Source: Utricularia gibba (Eukaryota; Plantae; Magnoliophyta). From it: a DNA stretch of 64,000 nucleotides. The position numbers were made by a program, and so were the translations under genes. Below are positions 46,384 through 58,728 of the stretch, one piece after another (the first letter of the stretch is position 1; every line of letters begins with the position of its first letter). The notes below the pieces were generated by a model that made no database searches, had not been told where the DNA came from, and worked only from the letters and a program-made list of their open reading frames with translations. Where the stretch lies: NCBI GenBank assembly GCA_002189035.1, contig CM007990.1, positions 5,704,001 through 5,768,000 on the forward strand, read 5' to 3'.

Positions 46384-48729
46384 TCAAGTGGTCTTGGATG
46401 ATGATTTCCTTCTCCCCAGGAACATGAAGAAGCGAGGGAAGAATGATTTCTTCTTTTTCTTCGCGGATTTGTTTTCTGCAACTGCTCCCGTTTCCGCGTT
46501 GCTTGGACTTGGTCTCTGGATGGAAGATTCTGGAACCGTGATGAAGTTTCTGGATGCACTTTGCATCGTGTGGGCAGTTCGTTGTTGTTCATGTTCGGCT
46601 CTCCATTTCCGCAGCTCTTGTTCAACCGCAAGTTTTCCCTGCTGGGCTTCCTCTGCCTTCTCGCAAGCTGCTTCAAGTTCACATTTTTTCGCACACAGTT
46701 CACGGGTCACTTCCTCCAGCTTGTTCAAGCTCCTTGCTTCGGATTCCTTCGCCTTTTCGATTTCGGACATTACAGCTGCTACCCTGAAGTTCGCTTCTTC
46801 TTCGGCCTCATGAGTTCTTTTGCTCAGCTCATAGTACTCCTCGAGGGAGAGTTCTACTCCGGATGCGGAGTTTTCGTCGTTGGCAGCTTCGCTCTCAGCT
46901 AATGCATTTATAGCTGCCAAGGCCAGTTTTTCAGATGCCTTGGTCGCTTCCATTTCTTTTATAGCTGCAAGAAGTTTAGTTTTTATTTCCATTGCTTGTG
47001 CTTTTGCTTCTTCTGCTTCTTTCTGAGCTTCTTGTAGCAGTTTTTGTGCTTCTTCAGCTTCATTTTTAGCTTCTTCTGCCTCCTGCTCGGCTTCCTGTAG
47101 CTGCATCGGCAACTCAATCATTTCATCCCTCTCTTGTTTCTCCTTTAATTGAATCACTGCGATTTCTGTGTTCACTTTTTCTAGTTCATTCTCAACAGAT
47201 GTAACTGCAATCGAGGCCATTTCTTCCCTCTGCTGGATTGCTGTAAGTTCAGTGTTTTCTCTGTCGAGTTCCAACTTGAGAGATGCTTCTGCCACTTTCA
47301 GGATTCGAACTTCACTTCTAGATCTCTCCATTCTGCCCTTTACTTCATCTAGCTCCTTGTTTGCTGCAGCAAGCGCTGCCTGAAACTCGGCTCTCTTCAT
47401 CTTCTCTGGTTCCTTGAGAACGCGCTGGAAGCCTGGTTCCTGTTCATTTTCTTCCAACTTCGATTCCATGTAAGCTGCCAATTCAGCCTTCAACTCCTGC
47501 AACCTCTCCGTCGCCTGCTTCAGCTGTGATTTCAGTTCCCTTTTCAACTTCATTTGCAGGTTTAGCCTCTCAAGCTCCTCTTCAGCCTCCTCCAGCTCCT
47601 TCTCCCAGTTGAGAGTTTCTTGTTCCTTTGCCATAACCGCCCCGACCCGATGCTCCTCCGCCTCCAAATGCTCAGAATGAGCAGACTCCAAGGCCTGCTT
47701 CAGAGCAATGAGTTCAATTGTCAAGTCCTCCACAGACTTGTCAATCTGTTTCAGCGATGAAACAGCTTCCTCAGCCTTTGCAACTTCCGCATCCCTCTCA
47801 GCCACCATCGCAGCATAATCCCTCTTGAGCTGATCCATTTCAGCTGCAACGTTCTCAAGCTCGGAAACTGCGGTTGCGTGCCTCGCTCGAGCCACCTCCA
47901 GCTGCGCCCTGGCTGCGAAGCTCGACTCATCCGCTATTCCTTGCTCCATCTCGTCCACTCTGAGCGTTGAGAGCTCTGAATCCTGCCTCGCCTGTTGCTC
48001 CTCCGTTTTCGCTCTTTCCAGGTTCAGCTTGAGCTCCTCTATCAGCCTTTTTGTGCTGTCGAGCCTCTTCAGAACCTGCAGCTTCTCCTCCTCCGCAGCC
48101 ACGCATTGCTGCTTGTAGGATGGCAGTTCCTGCTGTGCCTTATCTAGTTCTTGCTCTATGAACTTCCTCCTCTGCGTAGACGCACAGATTTTGGGTGCAT
48201 TCATCGTTAACACATCAAGCAGAAGCTGCATCAAACACATTACCTCGACTGTCTGCACACGGTGAGCTTTCCAGTCCACGATCCCGCCGAACTTCGACAC
48301 GGCTGCTTTTACGGACTCAAAGGGCGCTGCCGTGTCTATCTGAACGTTGCTCAGGTCGATGTTGTCGATGCTTCTGGAGCGGCTATTCGACTTACCCACG
48401 GCGGCGTAGTTGTCCGCAATCCTGGCTACTATGTGGTCGGTGCTGCCGTTTCTCCTATGGTGACCACGATGATGGGTAGGGGATGACGCGGAAGCCGCCG
48501 CCGGAGGGACGAAGTCGTCTTCCGGTGAAGGCTTCGCAACTATCTTCATCATCCCCTGCCCTTCCCCTGCTCCTTGATCCACGTCCTCTGTTGCAGGATC
48601 ATTGCTACGAGATTGATCTCCCTTCCATTCATATCCTCCAAGCGAGGACGGGAACGGATCATCCTCCTGCTGTTTCCGAGCCGATCCACCGTCGCGATAC
48701 TCGATGAGATCTTCGGCAGCCGAAGCCAT
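46384..48729 (-). CDS. WEB family coiled-coil protein (WEB1/PMI2-like, DUF827), one 72-nt intron
   Basis: IDTAAPFESVKAAVSKFGGIVDWKAHR, long coiled coil, LSLEEYYELSKR, KLAVEQELRKWRAEHEQ, KKKKSFFPRFFMFLGRRK; intron 48172-48243. Confidence 0.93.
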   Translation of the reverse strand: MASAAEDLIEYRDGGSARKQQEDDPFPSSLGGYEWKGDQSRSNDPATEDVDQGAGEGQGMMKIVAKPSPEDDFVPPAAASASSPTHHRGHHRRNGSTDHIVARIADNYAAVGKSNSRSRSIDNIDLSNVQIDTAAPFESVKAAVSKFGGIVDWKAHRVQTVEVMCLMQLLLDVLTMNAPKICASTQRRKFIEQELDKAQQELPSYKQQCVAAEEEKLQVLKRLDSTKRLIEELKLNLERAKTEEQQARQDSELSTLRVDEMEQGIADESSFAARAQLEVARARHATAVSELENVAAEMDQLKRDYAAMVAERDAEVAKAEEAVSSLKQIDKSVEDLTIELIALKQALESAHSEHLEAEEHRVGAVMAKEQETLNWEKELEEAEEELERLNLQMKLKRELKSQLKQATERLQELKAELAAYMESKLEENEQEPGFQRVLKEPEKMKRAEFQAALAAANKELDEVKGRMERSRSEVRILKVAEASLKLELDRENTELTAIQQREEMASIAVTSVENELEKVNTEIAVIQLKEKQERDEMIELPMQLQEAEQEAEEAKNEAEEAQKLLQEAQKEAEEAKAQAMEIKTKLLAAIKEMEATKASEKLALAAINALAESEAANDENSASGVELSLEEYYELSKRTHEAEEEANFRVAAVMSEIEKAKESEARSLNKLEEVTRELCAKKCELEAACEKAEEAQQGKLAVEQELRKWRAEHEQQRTAHTMQSASRNFITVPESSIQRPSPSNAETGAVAENKSAKKKKKSFFPRFFMFLGRRKSSSKTT

Positions 48730-49715
48730 TGCAGATGTTGATCAAGCTCTGTATTGCATCCAATGGAAGGATCCAACCTCCGGAGGAAGAAAGAAGCTGA
48801 TTATGGAAATGAATTCCGGTGTCCCGAAATAGTAATAGCCGTTGATGGACGCCATTCTTGCCTTATATACATACATACCCAAGTTTGTCGAATCGGAGTC
48901 GAGGACCGGTTCGGTCGCCGGCATATTACCGGTTTCAGGTTAACCGTCCGGTTTAACAGCATGCGGCGTTGCGGATTCTTAGCCGTTGGATTCGCTTATA
49001 GTCAATAGAAAGGTCGACATCATTGACTGGAGCTCCACGCAAGGCCCAATAGAGAAAAGCCCATAAATAGACAGGACTCATAGCCCACATAGGCCCACTA
49101 ATCAATCTCTCCTTTCATCTTAGGAATATTGGTGCTCAATGCCTCCACATCCTTGTGAATTAGGTAATCTTAAGGACTACTATAATGTTCTGGATGATTC
49201 GATTTAGAATTTTAGTGTATGGTACGGAGCTGTATCATGCTGCAAACTTGTGTGTGAATAATGATCCGCTACTATTAGTTTTCTGTAGCCATGACCGTGA
49301 TGCGTGTAACTGTTCATTTGGTGAGCTCTCACATCCCACTTCGCAGAAAGGAGGACAGAAAACGGAAGCATCTGAAAGGGGGGCGGTGACACTGCTGCTT
49401 ATCTCAAAATCAAACCGGAAGCAACTAACCCCTTTCGGGTCGGGTTTGGAGTCGAAAAACACCTTGGAGGATTGATCTACCCCCCTCGTGGAAGGGGTGT
49501 GTAAGGTATGGTATGGTACCAAATGAGTTGGTTTCTAGAGATTTAAACGACGGGGTGTCGCTGTATGCTTTGGATTGAAGTCTCCTGGTGTAACTTGGAA
49601 GGTACCATTCCGCCCAAGCTGCACGGCGTCTCTGTGTGTGTGTGTGTTGTGTGATATATATACATGGCATTTTGATGATGGTTGTGTCTTGTTAAGCTCT
49701 CCGGGAGTGTTGTTC

Positions 49716-50478
49716 ATGGCGGAGAGGCGTGGAGGAGGATGGACAGGCCTTCTCTGTGTCCTCAAAGATGCTCTGGCGAGCCGCCGGGGCGGCGCGGCGG
49801 TGTCTGATGAGGACGAGCCGACTGGTGACGGCGATGATGACCACAAGGTGACTTTTCTTCTTTTCTAATCCACTGCAGGCATTACGAATTAAATGGACGC
49901 CATGCACGAGACGGATGGCTATGGTTATTGGTTTGTGTACCCATTTACTGGTCACAGAAGCTTGTTTCCAGCATCGTGAGCAAGTACCTGGAGTCGAAGC
50001 GCCGGAAGGGGAGGAAGGCAGCCACCGCCGTCTCATTGGATGTTCCGTTCCAGCCACGGGGCGACCGGAAGACGGGGTGGGCTAAGTATGCGCCGGAAAA
50101 CACGTCACAACAAGGTTTGCACCGGTGATGGATCTACTTTCATTCTACAATGCTCAGTGATCTTACTGGGCGGTTGCTGCGGCAGAGGATCATGCTGCGG
50201 CAGAGGATCACAGTCCCTCGAGATGTTCAAGTGATGGGAGCTTCGTCTCTGTCCAGACGCACTTTTCAGGGTGCTCCAGCGCCGTTGATGGAGCCGAGAT
50301 TTTTCAGGATCTCAGCGGCCGGAGCTCAAACAAGGCGATGCCTGAGCCTGAAGGATGGCCTTTTGGGCTTTTCCGGAGGGCTGTGCTCCTGCCGCCGCTA
50401 CCCAAAGCTCCGGCAGATTCATGGCTATGTAAAAGAGAGCTTCGAAGATGTCACAAAGAGCATCCACGTACACTTTAA
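49716..50478 (+). CDS. Uncharacterised plant protein, 3 exons, C-terminal EGWPFGL...LLPPLPKAPADSW motif
   Basis: Exons 49716-49847, 49958-50114 and 50186 (or 50204)-50478 splice in phase. The third exon is not in the ORF track because it has no ATG start; it carries a motif I recognise from plant unknown-function proteins. Confidence 0.7.
50175..50210 (+). repeat. Perfect 18-bp tandem duplication spanning a splice acceptor
   Basis: TGCTGCGGCAGAGGATCA twice. Confidence 0.85.
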
Positions 50479-50629
50479 ATGGCCAATGATGACACTTTAG
50501 GTGAACCTATGAAATGGTGGTGTCGCAATATTACTTGCTGGGAAGAGTAGATACATGTACACCATCCGATTCCGGAGCCAAATGTTTCTGAGCTAGTTGA
50601 AAGAAGGGAGATTTAAGAGTGCCGCTGCT

Positions 50630-53623
50630 TCAAGCAGCAATAGGGAGACCCTTCTTCGCCATGCCGTCAAGAATCTCGTTGAGCGCCTGACACAATCCAA
50701 ATATCTTCCCACAAAAAAAGAGAGCAATATCAGACATTTTGAAATGTAATCAACTCCATTTTGTTATTTTGAGAATAGTGTTGAAGACCACAGTCCATGC
50801 ATTGGGGGATTCAAAGTGACATATTTGCAATAAGACCCTCAATAACAAGTTCAGTGGCATGCATGAAAGTGTCCCATGCCTAAGCTGACGAATGAAAATG
50901 CGTGTAAGTTACATTGGTAATACCTGTTGATCCCATTGCTGCAGTTCTTCCGTATCATCTTCGAAATGGATGACAGCTTCGACCTGAGAAAATGTTGCAG
51001 GGCTAACAGTTGACTTACATATAATATACAATTGAGATGAATTCCTGGGGTTAGTTGGAACTCCGCGGGATGTGTAGGTACCTGATCGATTGATCCCCTC
51101 ATCCTATCCTCACAGATCATTCTCGAGGCTACCTTCTCAGCCTGAGAAAGTAAATATTTTTCCAGGATCAGCACTCGTTGTCCCTTAATCCCCAATGTAT
51201 AAAGAAAATTTATAATGAATAAAGTGGTAAGAACTAATGACTCCTTCAAGACACTCAATAATATACTTACGATCCTGCATGAAAGTTGATGTGGTGCAAA
51301 GATTACTTTACAGCAGACCCATCGCACTCATTTGAGAGGTATAATCATCATGGATAAAAGTATAAGAATCTAAAAGCACACCACTGAAGTGAAAAGGGAA
51401 AAAAAAAAAAACCTTTTGGGGAGCAATGCCCAGCAATGTGCCCAATTCTTCAAAGCTGTATGAGAGATTTAGATCAATTCACACCCAGAAATACATGAAA
51501 TAACAATGAAATATAAATAAAAAAATGTACCTAATATTTGTGTAGAGTTTACTAGCGCTGAGGAGGTTGTGCTCGATCATTGCACGATCAAGAACCGTAA
51601 AATTATCAGGCAAAATGGCTTTCTGGAATAAGTTTTGACAACACATTTATAATAAAATGAAAAGGAAAAAAACAGATAAAGTTTGCTGAAAGAGCACCTG
51701 ATGAGGCTTCAACTCTTCAGAAAATGCATCAATTTCCGGTTTTCTTAAGATTCTCTCCAGATACACCTGTGAGTAATATCTCAAATATTTATTGATAACC
51801 AATAAAGCCACTGGTTTTTGGTACACAGTAGGCAAAGTCAGTATTTAAAACAAACCTTTTGCAAGATTGGGTAAATTTTTAGCTTGGAGCAACGTTCATC
51901 CTGTGGAACTTCGAATGTTACATAAATCCGGCTGCAATAATGACAGAAAAACCAGAAGCTTCTGCTACCTTGTAAAGGGTTGCAAGTACACGAGACCTCT
52001 GAGGACCTGCTGCGGCCAGTATTGTACATGTAACAGCTGCAACAAGAGCCTGCTCAAGCGCTTCTTCATCAATTTCTCTGAAATGGACAGAATTTCAAAA
52101 CATTTACCAAATATTTAGCAGTATTCGAGCAAATTACATCGGAGCAAAAGACATAATTAGTTCTATGTAAAGTAAAACTAAGCTGGCATTGCATCACAAA
52201 CAATTGGTGACAATGATATTTGAATCAGAAAGAAAAAGGAGTTGGATGACTAAGATTTGGTTGAGAAGATGAAATAATATCTGAAAGCCACAAAAGTATA
52301 CTATGCATACTCATCACCAATGTGCCGCTTTTCAATCTGGGAAATGTCGTAATAACGCAGAGCAGCTTCCAAGAACTTCCGCTTCAGATCTAATATTCTA
52401 GCAAAGCAAACCTGATACAAGGGACAAAAATAAATCAACAAAAAGATCTAAGTGCTTAAAAACTAAGAAAAAAGAAACTTCACATACCAACCTTGTACTG
52501 TAAATTCAACACTTCGTGATGGCTGTTGCTAACTAAAAAGGAAGCTTTGTTTATAAAAGCTTCAGCATTAACCGCATCATCATCCTAGAATAATCATTAA
52601 TACTAGTCAGAGCAAGGAAGGCTCATAACAGGCTGCACAGTTTGTTTGTTTATCAAGAACTGCATGCCGTTAAATAACACCTACCTCAAGGTATAGACGG
52701 GCAATTTGGACACACTTTGAAAGCTTAAACGCGTCATCAATCACTCTGCCACGAAAAAGAGAGAAAAGGTGTCAGAAAACATAGAAGTAACACGGATCCA
52801 CAAAACAACAAAGCTCAATGGTATACCTAATGCCAGAGTCCAAATCAATGCCACTGAGAATTTGCGCAGCTTTGGACCATTCTTGTTCGGATTCATACAA
52901 CTCTGCGAGTTTCTCTCTGATTATCAACACCTAATTTATGCATTGTATAGGCACATATCAGGTCAGAGGACAAATAAAGATGCAATTATATTTTATCTTC
53001 ACAAAATAAACACCATGTTCCTGAAAATCATCCTAGCCCATGTAACTGCCCTCACATTGCAGGAAAAACACACTCAACTTGTAGCTTTCAAGTTACAAGG
53101 ACTTAGTTATGAAAGCATATCATCAATTAAAACCCATTGCACGTATTCTCCTACCGTTATGACTAAAAACCATCACCCTTGTCTCCAATTCAAGAAAAGG
53201 GAAAAATTTACCTGTTCTTCAAAAGAAATCATGTGATGCTGAATCTGACTAAGTGTATAATGCGCAATTTCTTTCTGAAACTCCGGCTCCAAACTTCCAA
53301 GGTCTTGAGCAAACATCTGCAGAAGCTGCCTCGATACCACGAGAGGAACATCCTCCGAGAGTACTGAAAAACAACACACAATCAATAAAATCAACCAATC
53401 ACTTCACATTAAACAAACCGCAAGAGAAAAAAAATAAAAGAAAACGAAAGAACCAGCGAGCATTAAAACAATAAAATTAACCGTGATCCATAAACTGCTT
53501 CGCTCGACCGACATCGTTCGACGACAGCACAGTGGCGAGAATCTGCTTGTACTGCTCAATTTTCTGCCTCTGATCACTAATCGCCGAGGCGCTCGCGTAG
53601 GCGCCAGCGAATGAGCCCTCCAT
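50630..53623 (-). CDS. CSN4: COP9 signalosome subunit 4, multi-exon
   Basis: [108 protein letters not shown]. Confidence 0.96.
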
Positions 53624-54095
53624 CTCTTCCAACTCCGCTTCATTCCCTGCGAATCCTTTTCCATATATACATACAGACACCGTCCGTACAGACTACAGAA
53701 AGCACCTCTGATATTTGGGCTCAAGCCCATATTTGCTGGTCGAAAATAAATAGTTAAAATGAAATTATTAAAAAATCAAAATTATATTAAACTAATAATA
53801 AAAAGATAAAAATATCAAATATATCCATATTGACTAGGGACGGTATATTGAGAAACTTTGTTCACAATAAAAAAACGTAAAATATTCGAAACGAACAATA
53901 TCATATAACAAAAATATTAATTGTTACATTTGCATGCTCATGATTTTTTTGATTATTAAAAATATTACAATTTACATTCTTAAGAATTGTATTACTTGAA
54001 CAGGATGCACCATGCAGACAGACTTGCTTATGGCACAGAAATCAGTAGCAGGAACTGAAAGCAAAGGCAGTGCCCTGGTCTGTTTTCTAGTCTAT

Positions 54096-55703
54096 CTACC
54101 ACTTCACGTCCAAAGTCAGTGGGTCAGGGGCGACCATCAAAGAAGGGAACCTTGTGAACGACATGTTTGACAACAAACTGCTCCAAGAGTATGAAACAGC
54201 GTCCATCAAAGGCCGCACTCTCTTCACATAGATCGGTTTCAGGATCCCCTCTTCGAATCTGGCCGCAACTTCGAACCAAGCTCGTTCCCTGACGGGTCTG
54301 GTTCGCCATTCGTCTAGTGTGCTCCAGCGCGCGTCTGTGTTTCTGATGTTGTGATCCAGTTCCAGTGGAAACCGGAAAAGGGTGGAAGCCATGGTTCTTG
54401 TCCTGACAGAACTGATGGCAGCTGAGAAATTGTGGATCTTTTGGTTCAGGAAGGTTGTCAGCAGCCTTTCAAGCAGGGGGATTTTGCTGATGAAAGAACT
54501 GAGATGCAGCACTGATCCTGTGTAACACTTATCCGGTAGTAACCTGATTGCATCCCTGGAAGAGAATGCAGACTCAATAGGGGCAGAAGGTCTTGAGGTT
54601 TTGTAGGCAACGATGGAGGGAGAACCCCGGAGGCGTACGGCTGGAAGGGATCGGCAAACGGTTCCTGCCTGGTCTAGCTTCATGTAAGGTGGAAGACCAT
54701 TGAGAACTTTGAGGTTATTGGAGGCATAAAAGGTGATGATCTCATCTGCACCCCTTATCTCTACCGTTATGCCTTGGCCAACTGAAATCTTCCGAAGACC
54801 GGAGAAAGTCTTGTTCAGCTGAAATAAGCAACAGCGTACAGAGAAAGATGCAAGCTTTCATTAAGGTAACAGTAACGAGAATTGAGAGAAGGAAATAAAG
54901 CACAATTCAGCATCCAAAACATCAGGCTGGCGAGTTCGCTTACCGGTAGAACTAAAGAGAGAACTTCATTGTCTCCAGCCACAAGCAGATCCAAGGGGCC
55001 TGTGATTGTAAATTGGTCAATTGCAACAATGGGGTTGTATTCTGTTAAAAGATCCTCAAGCTCTGATGTCCTGTTATCTCCTCGCGACTCCAACTTTTTC
55101 CAGTCTGATATATCTTCATTCATCTTAACGAGGATAGCAGTCTTGCCCAGACGAATTCGAAACTCGTACCGTTGCACCAGCCGGGATTTAGCCTTATTCA
55201 CATCTATCTGTGAAACCCGGATATCCTCGGGTTCCCATTTCTCTTTCTCCGCAATCGCGTCCAATACACCCTACGGATGAAACAGCTTCACGGTTTTTCA
55301 GATGAAATCGCAAGTTCAACACCCATGACCTATGGTCTTACCACCAAATCCAGTTCAAAAGCACACTTACAGAATCAAACTTCAAAGGGAAACTCACACG
55401 CGCTGAATCCAAAGAATCCCACTTCCAATCACTACAAACTGAATTTCCCTCTATACCCAATTTCAATCATAGAAGAAACCACGAATCGCATAAAGAAAAC
55501 CCAGAAGCTACAAACTTGATTACCTTCAAGAAATGAGTTGACGAAGGAGATGCGATGGATTCCGCGAGGTATGTGACTTTAGGGTATAGAAAATTGGAGA
55601 GATTGACAGGGGATGGCGAAGCGATGAACGAAGACCGGATAAACGAACACAGATTGAGAGCTATCAGCAGAAACGGCGCAAAAACTCTAGCGACAACCGC
55701 CAT
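54096..55703 (-). CDS. TIN1: TUNICAMYCIN INDUCED 1-like secretory protein, 3 exons
   Basis: Signal peptide MAVVARVFAPFLLIALNL; LDAIAEKEKWEPEDIRVS; GPLDL; C-terminus YSWSSLLSNMSFTRFPSLMVAPDPLTLDVKW*. Name from recalled motif. Confidence 0.83.
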
Positions 55704-56249
55704 AATCAACAGGGAGGTGCAAAGAGAGGGATCATCGACGACCCTGAAGAATTTCCCCGGTACGCGAGGTTGAATACTGAAATCTAGTGTAATGACGATT
55801 ATACCCACGTTCTACTTTCACAAATGGTTCTCAACTCAAGCCCAAAGATGGAATAACACAACACAGTAAGCATACAACAAACAGAAGGGGTATTCAATAA
55901 GCATAGAGTGCCATCAAGCTTCCATACAGTGAACAGAAATGGAGGGCGATTGTCTGAACTGCTATGATTCGCCCACCCTTATAACACAAACTGTCTGGAG
56001 ATTTGGGGCATGCCCATCGTCGCAGACTATTGCCCACAGAGAGCTTCCCTCATCCGTGGAGACATGAACATGGCAGATGGCGTTTCAGTACACATTAATA
56101 GGAACTTTTCGGGTCTTCAGGAAGAACTGAGGAGCGGATGGGGGTTTGCAGCAGCCATCCGGGCCTATCGTGAGATCAGAGGCCAAGTAATGGTGTCCAG
56201 GAACTGGCTCTTTGCCAAAGGTTATGGAACTGAAAGTGCTGCCCTCTGA

Positions 56250-58024
56250 TCAGACTTTGGAAGGAGGCCAGTACCGGAAAACAGATCGCCCGATGATGTG
56301 CTCAACTGGGAGAGGACCCCTGAAGACAAACAATTGTTATTCAAGAACTACAGCATCTGCCATGCCATGGTGAGGTTACACTTTTGTGGGGTATGTGGAA
56401 AGAAGCAGAAGGATGGCATGAGAGTTTACCAATCGTGGGAGTCGTAACTGAGATTACGGTTGTCTCCCAGTACGTACACACACCCCTCAGGAACAAGCTG
56501 CAAGGAATAAGAGAACAGCTTGCTTTGGTATGGCTGTTAAGGATAATTGACGGCAAGAAGAACTAAAAGTTACCACTGGATCCAGTTCATACTGCATCGG
56601 CTCCATAATGAAGTTCTCATCTTGAACTATACCATTCACAATCAATTTTCCATGGCGTACCTGGAAAGGAAACAGATTCAGGAAACCTTATAGAAAATAC
56701 AAGCAAAGGAACTGTCAGAATGTTAAGGTCCTACAAAAACGATTTAGCGACATTAATACGGTAAACATGGATGGTTATATAACTGAATTAAATCTTTCCA
56801 TGTGTTCCAACATAAAAACCATAGAAACAGATACAACAAGCATCCTTGTCTGTATGTAAATGCCAGCAGACACAACTTTCAACCATCCTTACCTCCACGG
56901 TGTCACCAGCTTTGGCCACCACTCTTTTGATGAAAACTTCCGATGGACTAAAACCTATTTCCTAAAAATATTTGAAGGAAAAGAGATATGGTAAGGGGTG
57001 GTAGTACTCCAAACACCATGCAAAAGGTTACCTGCAGAAACCATGGAGCCTTGAAGATAACGATGTCCAATACTTCAGGCTTCCTGAAAATATATGAAAT
57101 CTGGAGGAGAAAAAAAATGAATCTTCAAATGAAGAGCTGAAACTGAATTACTTTAAAACAAGCAACACACACTTCAACGAAAGATTTTAGCAGAGCCAAA
57201 TACTCCAACACATAAAGACATCTCATTTGCGAAAAAGTCACTACCTTCTCAGCTAAAATTCTGTCACCCACATCAAGTGTAGGGTACATAGACCTCGACG
57301 GGATCAGCTTTGGCTCGGCCAGTGTTGATTTAAACAAGATGCTAACACTCACAGCGGTCAGCGCCGCTTTTGCATCATCAGGCTTTAAGCCAAGACAGTT
57401 CAGTTTCGGCAGCCAGCTACAGCCACTGCCACTTCGTGCCAAATTCTCCTTCAGGATGCTTGAACCGCAACCGCCATCCGATGAAACATTCAAGTTCCTG
57501 GTAAAGCAACAAGTTTGATGCGAAAACTTATCGCCGCTAGAACCAGAATCAACACTCTTTTGCATCGCCAAAGCTTCTGAAAGTTTCCTTTCAGTAGCGC
57601 CAACGCTTACACTTCCGGAACCTGTTTCTTTACTTTTACTATCAAATCCTTTCCTAGGAATTGTTCCGCCTCTATCCACCTCCGTCGCCGTGGGCTGGTT
57701 ACAGGGCAGCCACTTATTTCCCGTGAAGAAGGGAAGCATAAGCGACCCCTTGACAGAAGAAAGCCCCAAGACACTCACGTCCGTGGAAGCCCCCACAGAG
57801 TGCTTCATAAGAGAAATCAATCCCATAACAAAGGGAGATTGATTACCCTCCCCGATAATTTCCCGTCCAAGAGTTGAGAAAAAGCATGTCTTGGGCGAGA
57901 AGTAATCAGGTTTTAAAGTGTACCGAAAGGCCCTCGAGCTCGCCGCAGCCTCATCAAAGTACCGCGATGCGGCACCCCTCGAGGCTACGGAGGCCGAGAA
58001 CCTCAAGGTGCATCTGATAGCCAT
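56250..58024 (-). CDS. Type I signal peptidase, thylakoidal processing peptidase-like (S26), 6 exons
   Basis: Long transit region, then AEPKLIPSRSMYPTLDVGDRILAEK (catalytic Ser), DIVIFKAP, FIKRVVAKAGD (catalytic Lys), VLGDNRNLSYDSHDWGPLP, RYWPPSKV*. Confidence 0.93.
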
Positions 58025-58692
58025 AACTAGGAACGGTAAGAGGAAGATGAACAGATAAAAGTAAATCTCGCTGTTCTCTGCGACCTGGCAGACGAACAAC
58101 GAGCCTAGAGAACTTGGCAACCCATCGTCATCGAAGAGATCAGTAACAAATCGTAAGCAAAAACGAAGAATTGAAACTGTTTGTTAGATCAATAAATCGT
58201 CCCGTAACGACGGCAATAATAACCCGTGGAAAATCGTCACAACAACGGTAACGACGCGGCGGCGGCGGCGGCGGACGCGAGCGGAAATGAATTCTTCCAA
58301 GACAGCAAAAGCGCGTGCGTGCAAGAACTCAAAAGAAGCCAAGTCAAAATGCTGCTGCCTGGTGGCTCCTTTATTCCATGGACCTCGGCCCCCGCAGCAA
58401 TTAGAAATTTTAACGGGGTCCCTTTGGAATTACCAATTACATTAGGGGTGGAAACAGAATATAAAAATAAAGTAATATTTCTCAAAAGCAAATAATTCTA
58501 AAAGGTTGAATAGTAATGTTTTAAATAATTTTAAAAAGTTGAATTTTTGTAAAATACATCATTTATATTTATTATTAAAATATAATTCGTTTATATTTAA
58601 TAATAACAAAATATTTATGTAAGGAAGGAGTAATTTAATGACAAATCTCGTTTACAAATTCAAGTTGCAGTACAAGAGTCTCACAGGCCGGC

Positions 58693-58718
58693 GCGGCGGC
58701 GTGATCTCACGCCGCCGC
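58693..58718. repeat. Perfect GC-rich inverted repeat 10 nt downstream of the AOS stop
   Basis: GCGGCGGCGTGA-TC-TCACGCCGCCGC (12-bp arms). Confidence 0.9.
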
Positions 58719-58728
58719 ATCACCCAGA

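Noticed and set aside
56200-56252. Early stop in the thylakoidal peptidase (WPPSKV*)
   Set aside because: It follows the last conserved box; only a variable tail is missing and all catalytic motifs are intact.
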